A stretch of DNA of 64,000 nt from Fistulifera solaris (lineage: Eukaryota), in the NCBI GenBank assembly GCA_030295235.1, contig AP026125.1, forward strand, positions 1,426,001 to 1,490,000. The letters run 5' to 3'. The position numbers were made by a program, and so were the translations under genes. This document shows, in pieces, positions 12,077 to 25,605 of this stretch (its first letter is position 1; every line of letters begins with the position of its first letter). The notes below the pieces were generated by a model. It made no database searches, was not told where the DNA came from, and was given only the letters and a program-made list of their open reading frames with translations.

Positions 12077-13475
12077 ATGTTCAAAATAGGAAACTTGGCT
12101 GCTGTGGTCACCTTGTTTGTTGGTCAGGCAGTCGCCGTCGATGCTGGATACAACATAATTCCCAGAGATACGCATCGTCGTCATCTGCAGCCCCCGGCTG
12201 CATCTCCACAGCCAATTAGTTTTGATGGAGACTTGGAAAGAATCATTTCCCTTGCGATGGAACGTGCTGAAGGCTTCAATCCCGATGAAGCCTCGTCGCC
12301 GACGGTAACTCCCGCGCCTACGATCACTCCCTCGCCGACGGTCACCCCCGTGCATGCTCCGAATGTCTGTGAAGGAGCTGACCTGAGTCGGTTGGAGCTG
12401 TTCAAGTGGAAGTATACGATCGAAACCGTCGCGCAGGCAGATGTGAATGCCGTGATTGGACAGGTGGAGGAAATGTTGCAAGAACGGCTGGTTCCCTTGT
12501 TGCTGTCGTGCAATGCCAAAGATGTCGCAAACGCTTCGATTGTAGCTATTGATTGCACGCTTCCTTTGGATACTATTTCTTTAGAAGGTGAGTTAATATT
12601 TTGCTCTTCATTTATTTAATCACTGCTTTTGACTAACAATTAATTTTCCAGCTGTGTGTGCCCCTGAGCTCAACGCCGATCACAATTGCACTGCAGTCGA
12701 TGGCACAATGCGTGTCTTCCTCTCCGATCCCGAAGCTGCCTCGGAAGCACTTTCTCTCACCGATCAAACGGTAAAGAAAGTTATCGAAGATCCTGCATTC
12801 GTCGATCAAGTGGGCAAAGGATTGATGAAAATCACTTTGATTGACAACAATGTTCCAGTCGACAGTATTTCTCCGGACCCAGAAAGAGCTGTCGGCGAAC
12901 AAGGGTTTAGTCCGTTCTCGTTTGTCATTGTTGCTGTGGGCAGCGCTGCCCTCATCGCTTTTGTCGGCTCTGTGTACTACTGGAGACGAGGGGGTGAAGC
13001 GGACGGTGATGCTGCAGGAGCAGCAGGCTCGTCTCTTTACACGGATACCTTTACATCAGGTGGCAATACTGAATCACCTTTCGCCGAGATGGTACCTTCA
13101 GCATATGCTTTTAACGGAAACATGAGCGTGTTGACTCCCCCCAATGGAATGAGTCCTGTTTTGGAAGACGACAATTCTTCTCATAGCCCTCTCGAAATGG
13201 ACTCGTTCGACATGCCAGCTGCATATTACGACTCAAATTCTGAATCACAAGATACATTGGGAGCTCGAAAGCGTGCAGGAGGTGCTTTGACTGCGGGACA
13301 TCACTTATCAGACAGCCTCGATGCAGGAGAGGGAACTCCGGCTGAAATTGATGATACGCATGGCCCCGCCGACAATGAAGACTTGCTTGGTCTTCAAGAC
13401 ATTGACATCTCCACCGATAACGAAAGCAAGGTCTCGGAGACGATATCTCAACAGCTCTTCAGTGACTTCGTCTAA
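12077..13475 (+). CDS. Hypothetical single-pass membrane protein, 2 exons
   Basis: Signal peptide, PTVTP repeats, intron 12588-12651, TM helix FVIVAVGSAALIAFVGSVYYWRR, acidic tail. Confidence 0.7.
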
Positions 13476-13633
13476 GTGGGTGGTGCAAAAGAGTAGATTT
13501 GCGATGTCTGGATGAAATCTGGAGAGATCATAGAAGAAGGGTCTAGAAATAAATTATAAAGTCTCTTACAACAGAGTGCTTCTAGTATTGGAATTTGCAT
13601 CTGTAATTCAGAAACATCATTCCATAGAGCGGT

Positions 13634-16600
13634 TCATTGACTCGCGTAAAAGAGGAGAAACAGCTCGTCACTCCCTGTTGTTTTCTCTCCCCATTGAGAT
13701 CGTTTGCGAATGTAGCTTTCAAGAAGCCGATAATTTCTTTTCAAATCTGCTGTCGTTCCTCCTCGACACAAAGAAAGAATCAAAGGAAGTGATCCATCCG
13801 TGTCCTTTAGTAAACATCCTTCCAAAAGACTTAACAAGACGTTGTCTGTATTTCCGTTCTCTGCGAGCAAAATTCTATCGAGTGAAACTGAAGTTCGAGA
13901 CCTAGTGCTCGATAAGAGTGATCCACACGCCGTAGAGACACTTTGACAAGATTGGAGAGCATCTAGCGGAGTGGATCGCTTCTTGACGAAGATAGTGCTA
14001 CATCTTTGGTGGTCTTTAAATCGAAGCTTCAGAGGAAAATACTCTGGCGATGCGATCTGTATCTCTTGCCGTTCACAATCAGAATTTCTCAAAAGAGCTG
14101 GAACTGTGACACAATCCGGGTCGGCACAATCGTCGGACCAAATTTCGAGCTGAATGGCAACGTCTTTACCGGAATCGACATCCACAGCCCGGACCTCTTG
14201 TCTCTTGACTGCTAATGCGTAAAGATGCCGCAGGGGTTGAAGATGACATTGGTTGTCAGAAGTCGTAGATGGGAATCTTGGGAAAAACGATACTAACAGA
14301 ACTGCGATATCCTCAGGTTCACGTCCCAGTGTACCGGTTCCACCGCCGAGAAACAGAAGACCTATCGCCATTCCACAAATCATGTGGAATCCATATCGCG
14401 CTTCTTCGTCGCACCGCCAACGGAGCATTTTAAAAACTTTTAGGCAATTGATATCGCCACTTCCGGCCATTACCATGGCAAGAGAAATCGCTGCGCATCC
14501 TAAAGCCGTCTCTAGAATTTGAAGCTCAGGCTTCGAAGCCACGGCAACTGGATCTTTTGATTCGCGGAGCGCGTAAAGCTCAAGAACAAAATATTCAATT
14601 GCTTTTTGAGCATCTTTGTTTCCAGTTCCGGCAAAACGCAACCCCATGCCAAAGCAAGCACCTGCGATAGAGTGTACATAAATTTGGCGAGTAGCTCGTC
14701 GATCAAAATTCTTCTCAACATTGTCTGTTGCGAGAGGGCCTTGCCCTCTGTTGCACGCTTGGCCATTGTGCGCATAAGCGCGTAGGCTTTGTTTACAACG
14801 GATGGTACCTGGCTCTCAATCCATTCGATAGATGGTACGACATCGTCCCAAAGAATCAAGGATCTAGCAATGATTCTGTATGTTAGAAGATCGGGTCGGA
14901 CAAATTCCAAAAGAAAATGTGTATCGGGAAGAGCAAGCGCAGATGCCAGTGTGTGATTCCCGGATTTCATGTGCATCAACCCCAAAGCGAGAGTTGCACC
15001 AGGAGAAGTCACTTCGGTGTTAATTAGATCCCCTTCATGAATCGTCGAGCACTTCTCGTTGTCGCCACCATGCACAGTACTGGGTAAACTAAAACGGTCG
15101 TTGGCTTCTCTCGTTCGTTCTCGTTCCTCCTTGTCGACGCCACCCACCACGTATTTATGAAGCCTTTCTTCGAGGTGAAGATCCGCCAGACCTGCTGCGC
15201 GATCAATTCCACCACTTTGATCGGAAAGACATAAGTTGACCATTCCCAAAGCTATGCCGCAAACCAAATTGTACGATTCCCTATCGAACGTACTCGCATC
15301 GCTGTCTGGACGCTTTCCTATTTCATTCAAGAGGAACTCGGTCATCATTCTATGTGAAGATCCCTGAAAAAGTAAGCCGGTTCCAAGAATGGCTGCTGAT
15401 TGAACGGTACTAGCCACATCTACAGCACTGAAATGTTGCGGAATCAATGACGGTATGTGAAGGCACAGCATCTTTGAAACGGCAATGTCGCAAGAGCCCC
15501 GCTTATCGGCAGCTAGGCCCAACAATATACCTACTGTTGTAGTAACGGTGCCCTGGGTCAAGTATTCATATAGATCAGACATTTCCAAAGCGGTGAGGTG
15601 CCCCCGCAAACCTAAAGCTAAGAGAACGCCTCCATGAGAATGATTCTTAAAAAGGATCTCGGTGTTTGGCTCTGCTCCTTCGGTAGTCTGTTCCTTATAG
15701 GGTGGTGGTTTGTTGTAAATTATCCACGTTCGCGAAATATGAAGATCCGATGAATCATTTTTGCTCGGTAGTCTTAAACCGGCAGCGACTCCATTGTGAA
15801 ATTCAGGCCAAACTCTCAAATCCGAAGGACTATCCGTCAAATCCAGGGTAATTCCTGCGTTTGTGGGCGGCACCCGTCCACGAAGACAAAGCTCGGGTAC
15901 AGGCAAGGGTTCAGCTGGAATTGGTTCAAGATTTCCAATAGTCAACATACCACGACCAACGGGGAGTGCAAGACTCGAAGAATCAAAGAATGAAGTCTCT
16001 TTTGTTTAAGCCGCTCAAAATCGTGGTCATTTAGTTCAACTGCCCTCGCCACTTTCAAAAACATTGGACGCGATGAACGCAGGAGTCGAGTCGCTTCGTG
16101 AATTCTATTATCTTCAGGAAACAGTAATGCCGAGCTTAACTCAAGTGGCACCAGACCGTCCATGTCGGTATCAGTGAACGTCTTCGCGTCAATCTCCTCA
16201 ATCATCTTTTCTAACAAACCTCCTTTCCATCTTTCGAATAGATCTGTTTGGGAAATCGCGTCTCTTTGCTGGGCGAGATTCATGCTAATATCCTCTCTTC
16301 CGACTAATTTCCAACTTTGTGGGGTCCATGAACGCATTTCTTCATTTGATATATCGCTCAAATCTCGAAATTTCTTGAGGACTTCTAACATCGGTAAAAC
16401 AAAACCAGGTGGAAAGCTTTCGCTTAATTCGAAAACGCTTGTATGGCCTTCAGTCAAAATGCGACTGATCACATCCTGGCCATTCCGTTTACCATTCAAA
16501 GGAAAGAGTACTTCCGCTATTCTGACGAGCGAATTTGTTTTGACGAAATGAGAACATAGTGGATAGCTTGGAAAGCCAAACGGTTTCACATCACGCAGAT

Positions 16601-18715
16601 CTCCGCTCATCCTTTTCTCGAACCAAGCAAATATTGAAGGAACTTGCTCGTTATCCGCTAACGAAGAGAGCACCGGGGAACCACTAGTGGATACGTTTGT
16701 CCCAGCTCTTGGTTGATAGCTAACATTTGCGCCGAATTCAGCTTCATAGAATCCCCGAAACTTCAGAATATTCAGACTAGTCCTGTCCGGAAAAGCATGA
16801 CATAATTTTGCAAGAAGCCGCTTCACACTTGCAGCATCTACCCCCTGTGATTTCGTCAGTTTCATATCTTCATATAGTAAGTGGAAATGATCAAAAACGC
16901 AGGGGAAAAGACCACTCTAAGCTTTCCGACTTCATAAAATGAATGGATAAACTTGCCGTTTCTGTCGAAAAATCCTGTATTCCACTAATTGACGCAACGC
17001 TTGTATGCTTACTTAACGGCGTTTCATAGCCACATTGTTCGAATTTTCGATGGCAATCGGAAGCGAGAAGTCGCTCCCATACAGACAAATCGCCTCCTGT
17101 ACTGTTCTCCGACGCAAAGGAACCATACCATTCGAATTTCGCGAGCGCAACGAGAACATGTTCCATTGCCACGAATGTCGAAGCGACTTTGGTGGCGAGC
17201 CTGTAGCAGTCGGCACGGATTTTCAATGCTAGGATTCGGTACTGGTGTTCCTTTCCCTCTTGTTTCGACGCTAACCATTCAAAAGCCGCATCCAGCGTCT
17301 TCAAGACACGATCAGTCAGTAGGTCGGTGTCTATTTTGAGCGAAAGCTTAGTACGAATCCGCCGGTCAGCATTTTGCAGAGTGAGAGTGACACGATCAAG
17401 GAAAGGGTCTTGCATACTCAAAACCCGATCCGGAACGGAACAATCACTTATTAGGTGCCATGCACGAAAGCATGACAACGTCCCGTCTACTCTGTGTATG
17501 AGAACTTCGATGCTCTCTGGTATCGTCTGCAAAGGGAGTGCTCCAAGACATGCTATACTTGGGTAGGATACTACTTTGACGACATTGCTAGCGTCCCTTT
17601 CGATGGACCAAAATTGTAAAATTTTCGCAGAACTATCCGGAGAAACACAACAAAGCACACTGTTTGATGTTGCGGATGTATTCGAAACGAGAAATGACGA
17701 CTCCACTTCGAGTTGGACTGGAGAAGAATACAGAAGCTCCAAGGCTAATCGAGCGTGCAGAGGTGCGAAAGGACTTTCACTAGTGGAGGATCCTCTCGGA
17801 CGGGGGAGACAAATAAGCCGTATCTGCTTTTCGTGGAGACCTTCTGAGCCCCAAGGCATCGGCTAATGCTTCTTGGCGAGAAGCAAACGGAGTGAGTTGC
17901 GAGGAGCCCAACAGGTCCATGTCGAACACCATCAAATCGTCGTGCGCCGGAAATCGCGCCTGTTCATAAACAGCGGGTTCCCGTGGCGGTGGAGGTGCAT
18001 CCCGAACTTCCCACAAACGGTGACGTTTTTGCAGGGTGTGGTAGGATAATACCAGGAGCAAAGGTTCCTCCCCTTGTACGGTCCCCATCCATGTCCATTT
18101 CTCGTGTACATCCGTCACAGGAGGACAATCCATGCCAGTTTTCGACATGAGACACACCGGTAACACATCTTGCAGCGGATGAGTTAGAGAAAATAGGGAA
18201 GGAACTGCCGAAATGACACGCCGCGTTGCCGTGGGCGGTGACTTCAATATGAAACCGTCGACGGCCGTTTCTTCATCTTCCGCGTACTCGAGCCGCTGCA
18301 ATAATATTCCGCGTCCTTGAATCGCCAAAATGTTCGAACACTCAAACGGCAGTGATATCGTCCATCCTTCTGCGGGTAAACTAAACGAAGCTTCCGACTG
18401 TTGCGGGTAAACATCCCAAATGCATATTTGTGTCGTGTGTAGTAAGGCACAGAGCACGGAATGATGAGGAGCATCCTCGAAAGACGTCCACACCACGGCA
18501 GAGATATCAGCATGAATAGCGAACGAAGCATGTAAAATGCGAGGCGAGGAATCAGGGCCACTGTAAACACAAATTTTCCCATTGTTCCAGGTCGTTTCGA
18601 GCGAGGCATCGGGAAAGAGGGGGTGTGCTGTGACGATACGTTGCGACGGCGGACATGTCGACGCGTCCTTCAGCTCAAGCAGTGTCTGCATAGGAATTGC
18701 GGCAGTGTCTGTCAT
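13634..18715 (-). CDS. APC1: Anaphase-promoting complex subunit 1 (several apparent frameshifts)
   Basis: WPEFHNGVAAGLR, HGGVLLALGLRGHL, LCLHIPSL, TSPGATLALGLM, GLLFLGGG and DNQCHLQPLRHLYALA across five overlapping ORFs. Confidence 0.92.
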
Positions 18716-19891
18716 TGTAGTTACGTTGCTTTGGTGAATTTACAAATCAATATTATTCTTTCTTAATATTTGACGATATTATTATTGGCAACGGCGCTTT
18801 TTTTCTTGTCATTTTTATGTGTATATAAACAACAACATCATCTTCTGTCCTCCGTTCAGTCTAAGGGCTGGTTACACGCAGAAAGGTCCTCTCGCGATAG
18901 CTCCGTATAAGTACACTCTGCGTTACAGTAATCCATAGAAACAAAAAACTCACCATGGTAAAACAACGCACAAGTCAAGCCTAAACATGATGGGGCGCCG
19001 CTCAATTAAACAATGCTTTCTTGACATTGTCTTCGTAGTTATCATATAATTAGAATTAAGCGGTTCCAATGGTTGTTTTATTTTTATCAGAGCCGATTGG
19101 GTTGTGAAGAACGGTCATCATTCGATTCTACCCGTGCTTTTTCACCGTAGAAAATTGACGTGAAACCCGAAAACTCCATCCCAGTTGCGCCATTTTCTCT
19201 CATTTTGGGCGAGATGCGTTCCTACCGTGAGAGAATCATATATATCAGGTTTGAGAGAAATGCGCAGCCTTTAGCACAAGTTATAGCAACATGAACGGCG
19301 TTTCGCCATGGTCGTCGTGCTTTTATCGCGGCGGAGGTCGATTGACCATATTGACCAAAACAAGTTTCGACTATAATAGCATAATGTACTTACGTAGAAA
19401 TATGTACTATTTGAACGAGGGAACCTTTGAAAAAGTAACCAGCCCTTACCAGAACTCAGAAGTTCTGTAAGTTGAGAAGAACCGTATCCAGAATTTCTGG
19501 AAGGCACACAGAATATGACGGGATTTCTGGAACGTACACGGCATTTAATGAGGCGAATAAAGGGTTCGAGGAACTCCAATCTTCGAAACACTGTACTGTA
19601 CCACAAAATTACTCTACTTGTTTATTTTGAGGTGACAATCTGCAGTCGCGGTCTCCGAGAACTAAAACGAGTCCTATAGAAAAAACCGAAGACAACGTTC
19701 GGAGGCTTTTCAAAGTAATCTCTAGAAATTGTTATTGACTAGTGGTATTGCATTTCAAAAACGATAAGCGGAGCTCAAGAACGGAAAAAAGGATTGAAAA
19801 TGGACAGTAATGAAAGTATTTTTTTTTATAGTAACGAGGTCCCTAGCAACAGGAAATTGGTGGGTGAGGTGACACAGGTGACACGATTTGT

Positions 19892-21057
19892 GACTGAAAT
19901 GCAGTCGTGGTCTCCCTAGTGGGTCCATAGTAAAATAAGGCAGACAACGTTTCGCAAGGCTTTTCGACGTGAATATAATGACGTATAAAATGACAACACT
20001 GTTGAAGACTGTTTTATTGCAACAATGACAAAAGAAGCTTAAGAAACTGGGCGATCGAACGACTTGTAGGTAACATCCGTCGCTCGAAAGAAAAAATGCA
20101 GTCGTGGCTCGTGGTCTCCGTAAACCAACACTTTGGATCCATAGTAAAATAAGGCAGACAACATTTCGCAAGGCTCTTCGACGTAAATATAATGACGTAT
20201 GACGACAACACTGTTGAAGACTGTTTCATTGCAACAATGACAAATAAAGTTCAAGAAACTGGCGATCGAACGAATTGTAGGTAACATCCGTCGCTCGAAG
20301 AATATTGATTCACGACTGAAATGCAGTCGTGGTCTCCGTAAACCAACACTTTGGGTCCATAGTAAAATGAGGCAGACAACATTTCGCAAGGCTTTTCGAC
20401 GTAAATTTAATGACGTACTGTATAATGACAACACTGTTGAAGACTGTTTTATTGCAGCAATGACAAATGAAGCCCAAGAAACTGGCGATCGAACGAATTG
20501 TAGGTAACATCCGTCGCTCGAAAGAATATTGATTCACGACTGAAATGCAGTCGTGGTCTCCGTAAACTAACACTTTGGGTCCATAGTAAAATAAGGCAGA
20601 CAACGTTTCGCAAGGCTCTTCGACGTAAATATAATGACGTATGACGACAACACTGTTGAAGACTGTTTCATTGCAACAATGACAAATAAAGTTCAAGAAA
20701 CTGGGCGATCGAACGACTTGTAGGTAACATCCGTCGCTCGAAAGAATATTGATTCACGGCTGAAATGCAGTCGTGGTCTCCGTAAACCATCACTTTGGGT
20801 CCATAGTAAAATAAGGCAGACAACGTTTCGCAAAACTTTTCGACGTAAATATAATGACGTACTGTATAATGACAACATTGTTGAAGACTGTTTTATTGCA
20901 ACAATGACAAATGAAGCTCAAGAAACTGGGCGATCGAACGACTTGTAGGTAAAATCCGTCGCTCGAAAGAATATTGATTCACGGCTGAAATGCAGTCGTG
21001 GTCTCCGTAAACCAACACTTTGGGTCCATAGTAAAATAAGGCAGACAACGTTTCGCA
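19892..21057. repeat. Tandem repeat, ~220-225 bp unit, ~5.3 copies
   Basis: Unit starts (G[A/G]CTGAAATGCAGTCGTGGTCTCC) at 19892, ~20095, 20314, 20538, 20758 and 20983. Confidence 0.95.
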
Positions 21058-21246
21058 ACGTCCGTCCTTCTCGGCGTTACCTGCTACCATGAACTTTGTT
21101 GTTTTACAAGTACTCCGTACCAGTACCGTATCTCTTTTTTGTTCGTTGTCATTATTAGACTAGGTCTACCCTAACATTGTTTTTAGCAGTTTACGCAACA
21201 GATCGACGTTTCTCTGTATTTCTGAACAGCTCCTTATAAGAAGAAG

Positions 21247-22725
21247 ATGTTGCGACGGTTTCTTCCATCCCCCAGAATAGCAACGAGGCGCGTTCGACTC
21301 CTGTCGACGACGGCTTCCGATCGTCTCGTGGGTTACTCACCCATGGCGCAAGGAGGACCGGTAAACACCAATAGCACGTATATTCCTACAGAAAAAGATG
21401 TCACAACTGCGGGAGGTGTTTGGGCACCGACTTCCGCCAAACGGGATGCTTTAGCCGAGTTCAAAACGGCCGCGGCGGGGAAATCACTCGACGAACAAGC
21501 TACGAAAGAAGAAAAGTTGGATTTGTATCTTGTGGATGGAATGATTCTGATTGGAAAATGTTCCGATAGTTCAGTATTACATTTATCAGAACCAGCTGAC
21601 AAAATGAATGCAGTCGAGACGTGGTGGATGAAAGAGAAGGTTACCGAAGATGCCCTATTGTATCAAGTGCAATGGAAAGAACGACTCACAGATTTGAGCA
21701 AGAAGATGGATGCACTTTTGGCTTCGATGCCGGCCGATCGATGTCTACGAGATATTCGCGACTATATGGACGCGCAAGATACGTTAAGTGACGAAGAAAA
21801 GAAACAAGGGACGCCACTCGCCGAACGCGCATTTCCCTTGATGACTGTTTTGGAAGGGGAGGAGTTAACACAGCAGAAAGTAACGGAGGAGAATCTGGAG
21901 CAAGCAATTTCACGATTTCGTTTGATCATAGCACAAGAGGCTGCCAAAATGTTGATCGAGCGATGGGATCATTTGACAACACCGTCGGATCATGATGTCG
22001 ACCGGGCGGCTGTCCAGGGGATCGATTTGACCAAACAAGACAAAGTGCTTTCGCAATTACAGATGCAATCCGTTCTAGAATCATTCATTCAGGGTGATTG
22101 CGCCAGTAGAGTAGAGTCGCTTTGGGCTTTGTTCGATAAAGAAGAGGATGGTCTACTCGATGAGGATAAAATGAATATGGTGTGCGAAATGGCTATAGAA
22201 CCAGTAGGAAAAGCTCTAGAGCGATTGCACGACGAGTCGCTAGCTGCGTCTCCCGCTCGAAAGCCACTGGAAGAGTTTTCTGCAGCTCCGCCTTCGATGG
22301 GATGGAGAGAGCGTCGCAAAGACAATTGTTTGAAAAAGAATTTGAAAAAGATGTTTCGAACAACATGTAAAAATCACTTTCGCGATGAAGTCGAAGTGAA
22401 TCATAGATTAAGGTGCATTTATGCATGGGCGAACAAGAAACACCAGGACAATAAGATAGAATCCGTTCATGTCGAAGAACAAGGCCTTGCAGGACGGAAA
22501 CGATATGTTGAGTTGAAGCCGAAAATAAGTTTGGAAGAATTTCGCGAAGTGCAACAAATCCATTTTGCACACTTGGACCGCGTAGCTCAAGAGTTTTTGA
22601 AAAGCTATCGGGAGGATATTCTTATCAAGCAGGGCAAAGGAAGACAACGCTCCGAATTTTATCGTGAGTCGGCTCTCTTTCTGACCGTGGTTGCTATTGC
22701 TGACTTCATCATTACGTCCTTATAA
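21247..22725 (+). CDS. Hypothetical protein: mitochondrial-type presequence, EF-hand-like loop, C-terminal TM
   Basis: 492 aa ORF; Arg-rich N-terminus; LFDKEEDGLLDEDKM; hydrophobic tail. Confidence 0.7.
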   Translation: MLRRFLPSPRIATRRVRLLSTTASDRLVGYSPMAQGGPVNTNSTYIPTEKDVTTAGGVWAPTSAKRDALAEFKTAAAGKSLDEQATKEEKLDLYLVDGMILIGKCSDSSVLHLSEPADKMNAVETWWMKEKVTEDALLYQVQWKERLTDLSKKMDALLASMPADRCLRDIRDYMDAQDTLSDEEKKQGTPLAERAFPLMTVLEGEELTQQKVTEENLEQAISRFRLIIAQEAAKMLIERWDHLTTPSDHDVDRAAVQGIDLTKQDKVLSQLQMQSVLESFIQGDCASRVESLWALFDKEEDGLLDEDKMNMVCEMAIEPVGKALERLHDESLAASPARKPLEEFSAAPPSMGWRERRKDNCLKKNLKKMFRTTCKNHFRDEVEVNHRLRCIYAWANKKHQDNKIESVHVEEQGLAGRKRYVELKPKISLEEFREVQQIHFAHLDRVAQEFLKSYREDILIKQGKGRQRSEFYRESALFLTVVAIADFIITSL

Positions 22726-22836
22726 CGAATAATGAATCTAACATAGTAAAATTTCAGGCAACGCATCTTTTACTATTTGGCACAATCATGCAAATAGTCT
22801 CCCAAAAATCCTTTCAATGTACTCATTGCATCGTTC

Positions 22837-25431
22837 TTACATTCGCGGACGCTTGCTTTGCGACCGATCAAAATGGAACCGGCCATAATGGTCTTGCGTC
22901 ATGGTCGGTTCGAAAGCGTTGTGCTCAAATAAGGGAGACGGATTTTCGACGTCATTCCAGCTCTTCGGCACACCCAGTGCTGTTTGACTTAGAAGAGCAC
23001 CGGCCCTCTTTTTCGTTTCCTCATCCATGTAATTGAGCATGTTGTAGCGATTCAGGGTACGATATTGGTGACAAATGAAGTCAGAATCAGGATCATCACA
23101 AAAGTCGATGGTCATTGGATCGCAGTACGATCCATCATGGTCGCTTCCATCAAATCCACCGCAGGCAAATGCAGTGCATTCCATTACTTCCAAAACAGCC
23201 ACAGCGTCTTCGAGTATTACTACAGAACGAAACATGAGTCTTGCGTGGGCTTGCGATAACCTGATCAGAGATTCGAGGAAACGAACAGTTACAGGGATCG
23301 TTGTATTTCCATTATAGGATCGACATTTCTCGTAGTGCCGCTCAAGAAGCAGCGCCGCCTCGTCACTGATTGAGGGCTGAAAACGATCCTTGACGATCGA
23401 AATGTAAGCACGAAGTTTTTCCATGTTCCAAGGTGTGCTACTGGATGGGCTTTCCTCTCCTTCAGTGGTGTTCATCTCAAAATTATCATTCTGGATAGAT
23501 TGGTTCAGCAAGTAGGTTGTCACATTGTAGTCTCGGTCGGCATCGGAGCTATCAATAAGTTTAAATATCAAATCGAACCGAGACAACAAGGGAGTTCCCA
23601 GACCCGTGTTGACGGATAGACTAACATGATCATCATACAGGCAATCACGCGGATTCATGACAGCAATGATAGTTGCACGGCAATTTAACTTGCATACGAT
23701 GCCAGCCTTAGCTACAGAAAGCGTCTGTTGCTCCATGGCCTCATGGATCGTAGTTCTGTCTTGATCACGAATGCAACCAAACTCATCGATACAACAAACC
23801 CCTTTGTCGGCCAGCACGAGCGCCCCGGCTTCTAGTGAGTACTCTTTCCCGTCACCATCGCGCACTGCTGCACAAGTGAGACCAGCTGATGTAGTCCCCA
23901 CGCCCGTCGTCAAAACAGAACGGGGAGACAAAGCAGCTGCAAAACGTAAAAATTGTGACTTTCCCGTCCCAGGATCTCCCACGAGCAGCAAATGAGACTG
24001 GTGACGACGACGAGTTTGTACTTGCTGGGGAGCACGGGGCTGTCTTGCTTTTCGTTGACCGTCATAGTAATTTGTGACGGGTTCGTCCCTCGTTTGATTC
24101 GTCATGACCTGGAAAGGTATCGGACCTTCGTCATCTTCACCAGCTCGACGTTGTGTCACATTTTCTTCCGTAGCATCGCTCGATGCACCGCCGATAATGG
24201 TCAACAATAAACCCAACTTGATCATTTTCATTCCATAGAGTTTGGGACAAACTGCCTGGCAAATAAAATCACGCGCCTTGATACCGTGATTGTTTCGCCA
24301 GTAGGTCTCAAACTCTCCCCTAAAGTGATCAGTACTCTGCAGAGCCGATGTCTCGGCTATAACTCGAACCGAGTGAGCGGATAATGCCAAGCCCACGGAA
24401 CATTCTTCGTCGGGAAATACCGATTGCCACTGCGCGAGTAGACTGCCAACGATTACCACTTCGTCACCTGGCTGACACGTATCCACCAGATCATGATGCA
24501 ACTTGACTAATAAAGACCTAGGTAGCTTTTCATCGGATGCTGACTCTTGCAACTTGATTTCTTGGTAGTCGGTGTGAACGGACCCTTCGGGAACAATTTG
24601 AAACTTGCATTTTCCTTTGCACTGATGAGGACAACTTGTGGGCGTGGGCAAAGCATTGTGTCGTTCCTCCAGATCCGCGTGAACAATAAATGGACGCTTG
24701 CAGTTGGAACACGTGTACGCTCGAGCGGACTCGTACATTTGAACGGGTCGAGTGCGAACAACCGTCCCGGACACTTGAAGAATTTTGCCGACACTCGCTG
24801 CCGACCAGGTGGTTTGACAGCAAGAGGGCGGTAAGTGTACGAGTCGCGCATGCACGCGGGTAACGCTGGGTCCTTGTTTGAGGCCTTTAATAGAGAGTGC
24901 TTCGATGTCAACACTGTCTTGAGGGTACTCTTGTAGGAGGGCTTTCTGACCGCGAACGATCGCGTTTTCGAGTAATGGTAGCAAGGTAGCAGGAAAACGG
25001 AGAAGCATTTGCCCTAATATCGGATCATTGTCGAGCAAATCGAAAGCATCGATTGTGACGGAGTAATCTCGGGTCGTTGTACTATTCTCCGCCAAAAGGT
25101 TCCGCATCGATTGCACACACGACGGGTCACCCATTAAATGCCGGTAAAAACGTTCTTCCACCACCGCAGGACTTGCCAGCTCTTTGTAGGAAGCTTGAAC
25201 TAATTTTTCGGCGCTCCATACTTGTTGAGTTGTATCGTCCTGGACGAAAGAATCATTTTCGTCGTCATAGTCGTCGCTGTCCATGGTCGATGGAGAAAAA
25301 TGAAAAAAGGACGAGCTTTCGTCGTCGTTCATCAATGACATCCTCGTACCGGTACTCAACCCCCCAGAAACTAACTCGAGACTCGGATCAGCAGTCCCGG
25401 AAGCTGAGGCAAAGCATTCGGACAATCTCAT
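22837..25431 (-). CDS. MCM9: MCM family helicase, MCM9-like
   Basis: GDPGTGKSQFL, TTGVGTTSAGLT, EAGALVLADKGVCCIDEF, IHEAMEQQTLSVAKAG and LLSRFDL. Start codon uncertain. Confidence 0.88.
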   Translation of the reverse strand: MRLSECFASASGTADPSLELVSGGLSTGTRMSLMNDDESSSFFHFSPSTMDSDDYDDENDSFVQDDTTQQVWSAEKLVQASYKELASPAVVEERFYRHLMGDPSCVQSMRNLLAENSTTTRDYSVTIDAFDLLDNDPILGQMLLRFPATLLPLLENAIVRGQKALLQEYPQDSVDIEALSIKGLKQGPSVTRVHARLVHLPPSCCQTTWSAASVGKILQVSGTVVRTRPVQMYESARAYTCSNCKRPFIVHADLEERHNALPTPTSCPHQCKGKCKFQIVPEGSVHTDYQEIKLQESASDEKLPRSLLVKLHHDLVDTCQPGDEVVIVGSLLAQWQSVFPDEECSVGLALSAHSVRVIAETSALQSTDHFRGEFETYWRNNHGIKARDFICQAVCPKLYGMKMIKLGLLLTIIGGASSDATEENVTQRRAGEDDEGPIPFQVMTNQTRDEPVTNYYDGQRKARQPRAPQQVQTRRRHQSHLLLVGDPGTGKSQFLRFAAALSPRSVLTTGVGTTSAGLTCAAVRDGDGKEYSLEAGALVLADKGVCCIDEFGCIRDQDRTTIHEAMEQQTLSVAKAGIVCKLNCRATIIAVMNPRDCLYDDHVSLSVNTGLGTPLLSRFDLIFKLIDSSDADRDYNVTTYLLNQSIQNDNFEMNTTEGEESPSSSTPWNMEKLRAYISIVKDRFQPSISDEAALLLERHYEKCRSYNGNTTIPVTVRFLESLIRLSQAHARLMFRSVVILEDAVAVLEVMECTAFACGGFDGSDHDGSYCDPMTIDFCDDPDSDFICHQYRTLNRYNMLNYMDEETKKRAGALLSQTALGVPKSWNDVENPSPLFEHNAFEPTMTQDHYGRFHFDRSQSKRPRM

Positions 25432-25605
25432 GATTAACTATGAGACAAATAGTAACAAACGCGATTCTCCGATGCCGTATCGGTACTGGCAGGGAGGATG
25501 AAAGATCCGCCAACAAAAGATCTTTTTGCCTGCTTTTTGCCACAAGATCTTTTTTATTTCTTCCACTTTTCACCATTGAAGCGGCGCTTTGCAACGAATC
25601 TCGCC

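Noticed and set aside
19755..21090. Overlapping minus-strand ORFs
   Set aside because: Translations of the tandem repeat in shifting frames.
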